A stretch of DNA of 64,000 nucleotides from Chitinophagaceae bacterium (GTDB lineage Bacteria; Bacteroidota; Bacteroidia; Chitinophagales; Chitinophagaceae), in assembly GCA_947488765.1 (NCBI GenBank), contig CANLAE010000009.1:26045-90044 (forward strand). Reading direction: 5' to 3'. Made by a program: the position numbers and the translations under genes. Below the pieces are notes generated by a model that searched no databases, was not told the origin of the DNA, and saw nothing but the letters and a program-made list of their open reading frames with translations. Positions 62,086-64,000 of this stretch are shown piece by piece; the first letter of the stretch is position 1; every line of letters begins with the position of its first letter.

Positions 62086-62243
62086 ATTGTAATTGTAAAA
62101 ATAGGCGAATAATTTTTTATATTATTTAGTTATTTGGTAGGAAAAGAGAAAATGTTGCAAATGCATTAATTTAATAATTGTAATACTATTTTTTGAAATT
62201 TATTTTAACCTTATTTGATTAAAATTTATTCAATCTTTGTACA

Positions 62244-64000
62244 ATGAAAATTTTATTTTCTTGTTTGTTTTTTTGGGTTGCTGAATTGCATGCACAAGAA
62301 ATTCAGTGCAAGCAAAATTTTATTGATATAGCTGCATTGGAGCAGAAACGATTTACTTCTTCTAATAATAATGTAACCAAAACATTTGCATCATCCAATT
62401 ATACTATTTACTACAGCCGTTGCATTTGGAAAGTAGATCCAGCAGTGAGGTACATCGAAGGAAAAGTGACTTCTTACATTACTGCTTCTACTTCAACCAA
62501 TAAAATCACTTTTGATTTATCCAATAGCTTACTAGTAGATAGTATTCTTTTTAGAAATCAAAAAATTGGGTTTACGCAAAATGCCAATTCAACGCTTGAT
62601 GTACAACTTTCTGCAACATTAAATGCCAATCAAAAAGATTCTGTAACCATTTGCTACAAAGGCATTCCGGGCAATACAGGCTTTGGTTCTTTTATACAAA
62701 CTATACATAATAATACACCTGTAATATGGACACTCAGCGAACCTTATGGTGCAAGGGATTGGTGGCCTTGTCGCAATGGATTGGATGACAAGATAGACAG
62801 CATTGATGTTTTTATTGTTCAGCCTGCTCAATACAAAGCTACTTCTAATGGTTTGTTGCAAAGTGAAATTACAGCAGGAACAACCACAACCACTTTTTTT
62901 AAACATCGATATCCTATCGCATCTTATTTAGTTTGTTTTTCGGTTACCAACTTTTCTGTTTTCACAAATAATGTACAATTGGGTACTGTGAATTTACCTG
63001 TAGTATCTTATGTATACCCCGAGAGTATTAACGATTTTCAGCCATACACTTACAAAGTTTTAGATGCGATGCAATTGTTTCACAACACGTTTGCACCTTA
63101 TCCTTTTATCAAAGAAAAATATGGCCATACACAGTTTGGATGGGGTGGAGGAATGGAACATCAAACCAATACTTTTTTAGTCAATACCGATGCTAATTTA
63201 ATGGCACATGAATTGGGTCATCAATGGTTTGGGAATAAAATCACTTGCGGCAGTTGGCAAGATATTTGGCTAAACGAAAGCTTTGCAACTTATTGTGCCA
63301 ATTATTATGCAGAAAAATTTGATACTAGTTTTTTTCAATTGATACTCACCAATCATTTGGCTCAAATTACTTCATTACCCGACGGCTCAGTAATAGTAGA
63401 TGATACAACCAATGTAAACAGAATATTCAGCAGCAGATTGAGTTACAACAAAGGAGCGTATGTTTTGCGAATGTTGCGTTTTACTTTAGGTGATAGCCTT
63501 TTCTTTAGAGGAATTCGTCAATACCAAAATGATACTACTTTGCAATATTCATTTGCCCGAACTGCTGATTTTAAAAAGAATATAGAACAGGTAAGTGGTA
63601 AAGATTTGACCTATTTTTTTGACCAATGGATTACAGGGCAAGGGTATCCAAGTTTTCAAATTCAATGGAGTCAAAATAAAAACAATTGGGCAAAAATAAA
63701 AGTGAATGAAACGACTTCTCATAACTCTGTTTCATTTTTTAAAACACCATTGGCACTTACTTTCAAAAATGCAACACAACAAAAAACAATTGTAATTCAA
63801 GTTAATTCAAATGGTGCTGAAACATCTGCTGATATTGGGTTTGCTGCAGATACAGTTTTAATAGACACAGAAAAACAGTTAATTAGCAAGAACAATACTT
63901 CAACCAAAATAAATAGTTTAACAGCTAATATCAATGATATAAAATTATATCCCAATCCGGTTCATGATAATTTAAATATCAGCCTAAAAAATCCTTCAGA
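62244..64000 (+). CDS. M1 family metallopeptidase with the beginning of a T9SS type A sorting domain (partial, runs off the window end)
   Basis: It is not in the ORF track because no stop falls in the window. My hand translation from ATG 62244 is open to 64000. Signal peptide MKILFSCLFFWVAELHAQ, GGMEH exopeptidase-like motif, HELGHQWFG-x18-NE zinc site, YNKGAYVLRML, and terminal IKLYPNPVHDNLNISL. Confidence 0.85.
   Translation, partial: MKILFSCLFFWVAELHAQEIQCKQNFIDIAALEQKRFTSSNNNVTKTFASSNYTIYYSRCIWKVDPAVRYIEGKVTSYITASTSTNKITFDLSNSLLVDSILFRNQKIGFTQNANSTLDVQLSATLNANQKDSVTICYKGIPGNTGFGSFIQTIHNNTPVIWTLSEPYGARDWWPCRNGLDDKIDSIDVFIVQPAQYKATSNGLLQSEITAGTTTTTFFKHRYPIASYLVCFSVTNFSVFTNNVQLGTVNLPVVSYVYPESINDFQPYTYKVLDAMQLFHNTFAPYPFIKEKYGHTQFGWGGGMEHQTNTFLVNTDANLMAHELGHQWFGNKITCGSWQDIWLNESFATYCANYYAEKFDTSFFQLILTNHLAQITSLPDGSVIVDDTTNVNRIFSSRLSYNKGAYVLRMLRFTLGDSLFFRGIRQYQNDTTLQYSFARTADFKKNIEQVSGKDLTYFFDQWITGQGYPSFQIQWSQNKNNWAKIKVNETTSHNSVSFFKTPLALTFKNATQQKTIVIQVNSNGAETSADIGFAADTVLIDTEKQLISKNNTSTKINSLTANINDIKLYPNPVHDNLNISLKNPS

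Overview
This is an AT-rich window that reads as core chromosome of a Bacteroidota organism. Three things support that: gliding/T9SS genes gldH and sprA, T9SS type A and type B C-terminal sorting domains, and A-rich, Shine-Dalgarno-poor start contexts. I call about 46 protein genes and one tRNA-Leu(TAG).

Housekeeping genes include tig, asd, ligA, pheS, lnt, ruvA, fabH, leuS, ftsX, uppP, recR, feoB and a two-ORF methionine synthase. The clearest theme is type IX secretion. It comprises the 2427-aa SprA translocon next to ruvA, GldH fused into an operon with a two-component system, and two tandem 870/884-aa type-B-CTD paralogs. It also includes a disrupted type-A-CTD cargo gene and an M1 peptidase with a type-A CTD that runs off the right edge and is missing from the ORF track.

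I saw no transposase, integrase, phage gene, CRISPR array, rRNA or recognisable defence system. I cannot honestly point to a convincing new multi-gene system.

The most unusual signals visible in the sequence are:
- a T9SS cargo gene cut off from its ATG and signal peptide by a poly(A)8 tract, with a second frame break further in
- a roughly 60-70 nt intergenic element with a conserved 13-16 nt GC-rich core in three copies, two of them inverted around an orphan secreted-protein gene
- a small Met/Ile/Lys-rich ORF plus an intrinsic terminator in the asd leader
- a perfect 7-bp x 4 tandem repeat inside essential leuS
- an in-frame single-stop split of MetH
- an 11-bp perfect inverted repeat just upstream of ftsX

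All functional calls rest on motif or family recognition by eye. No searches were run.
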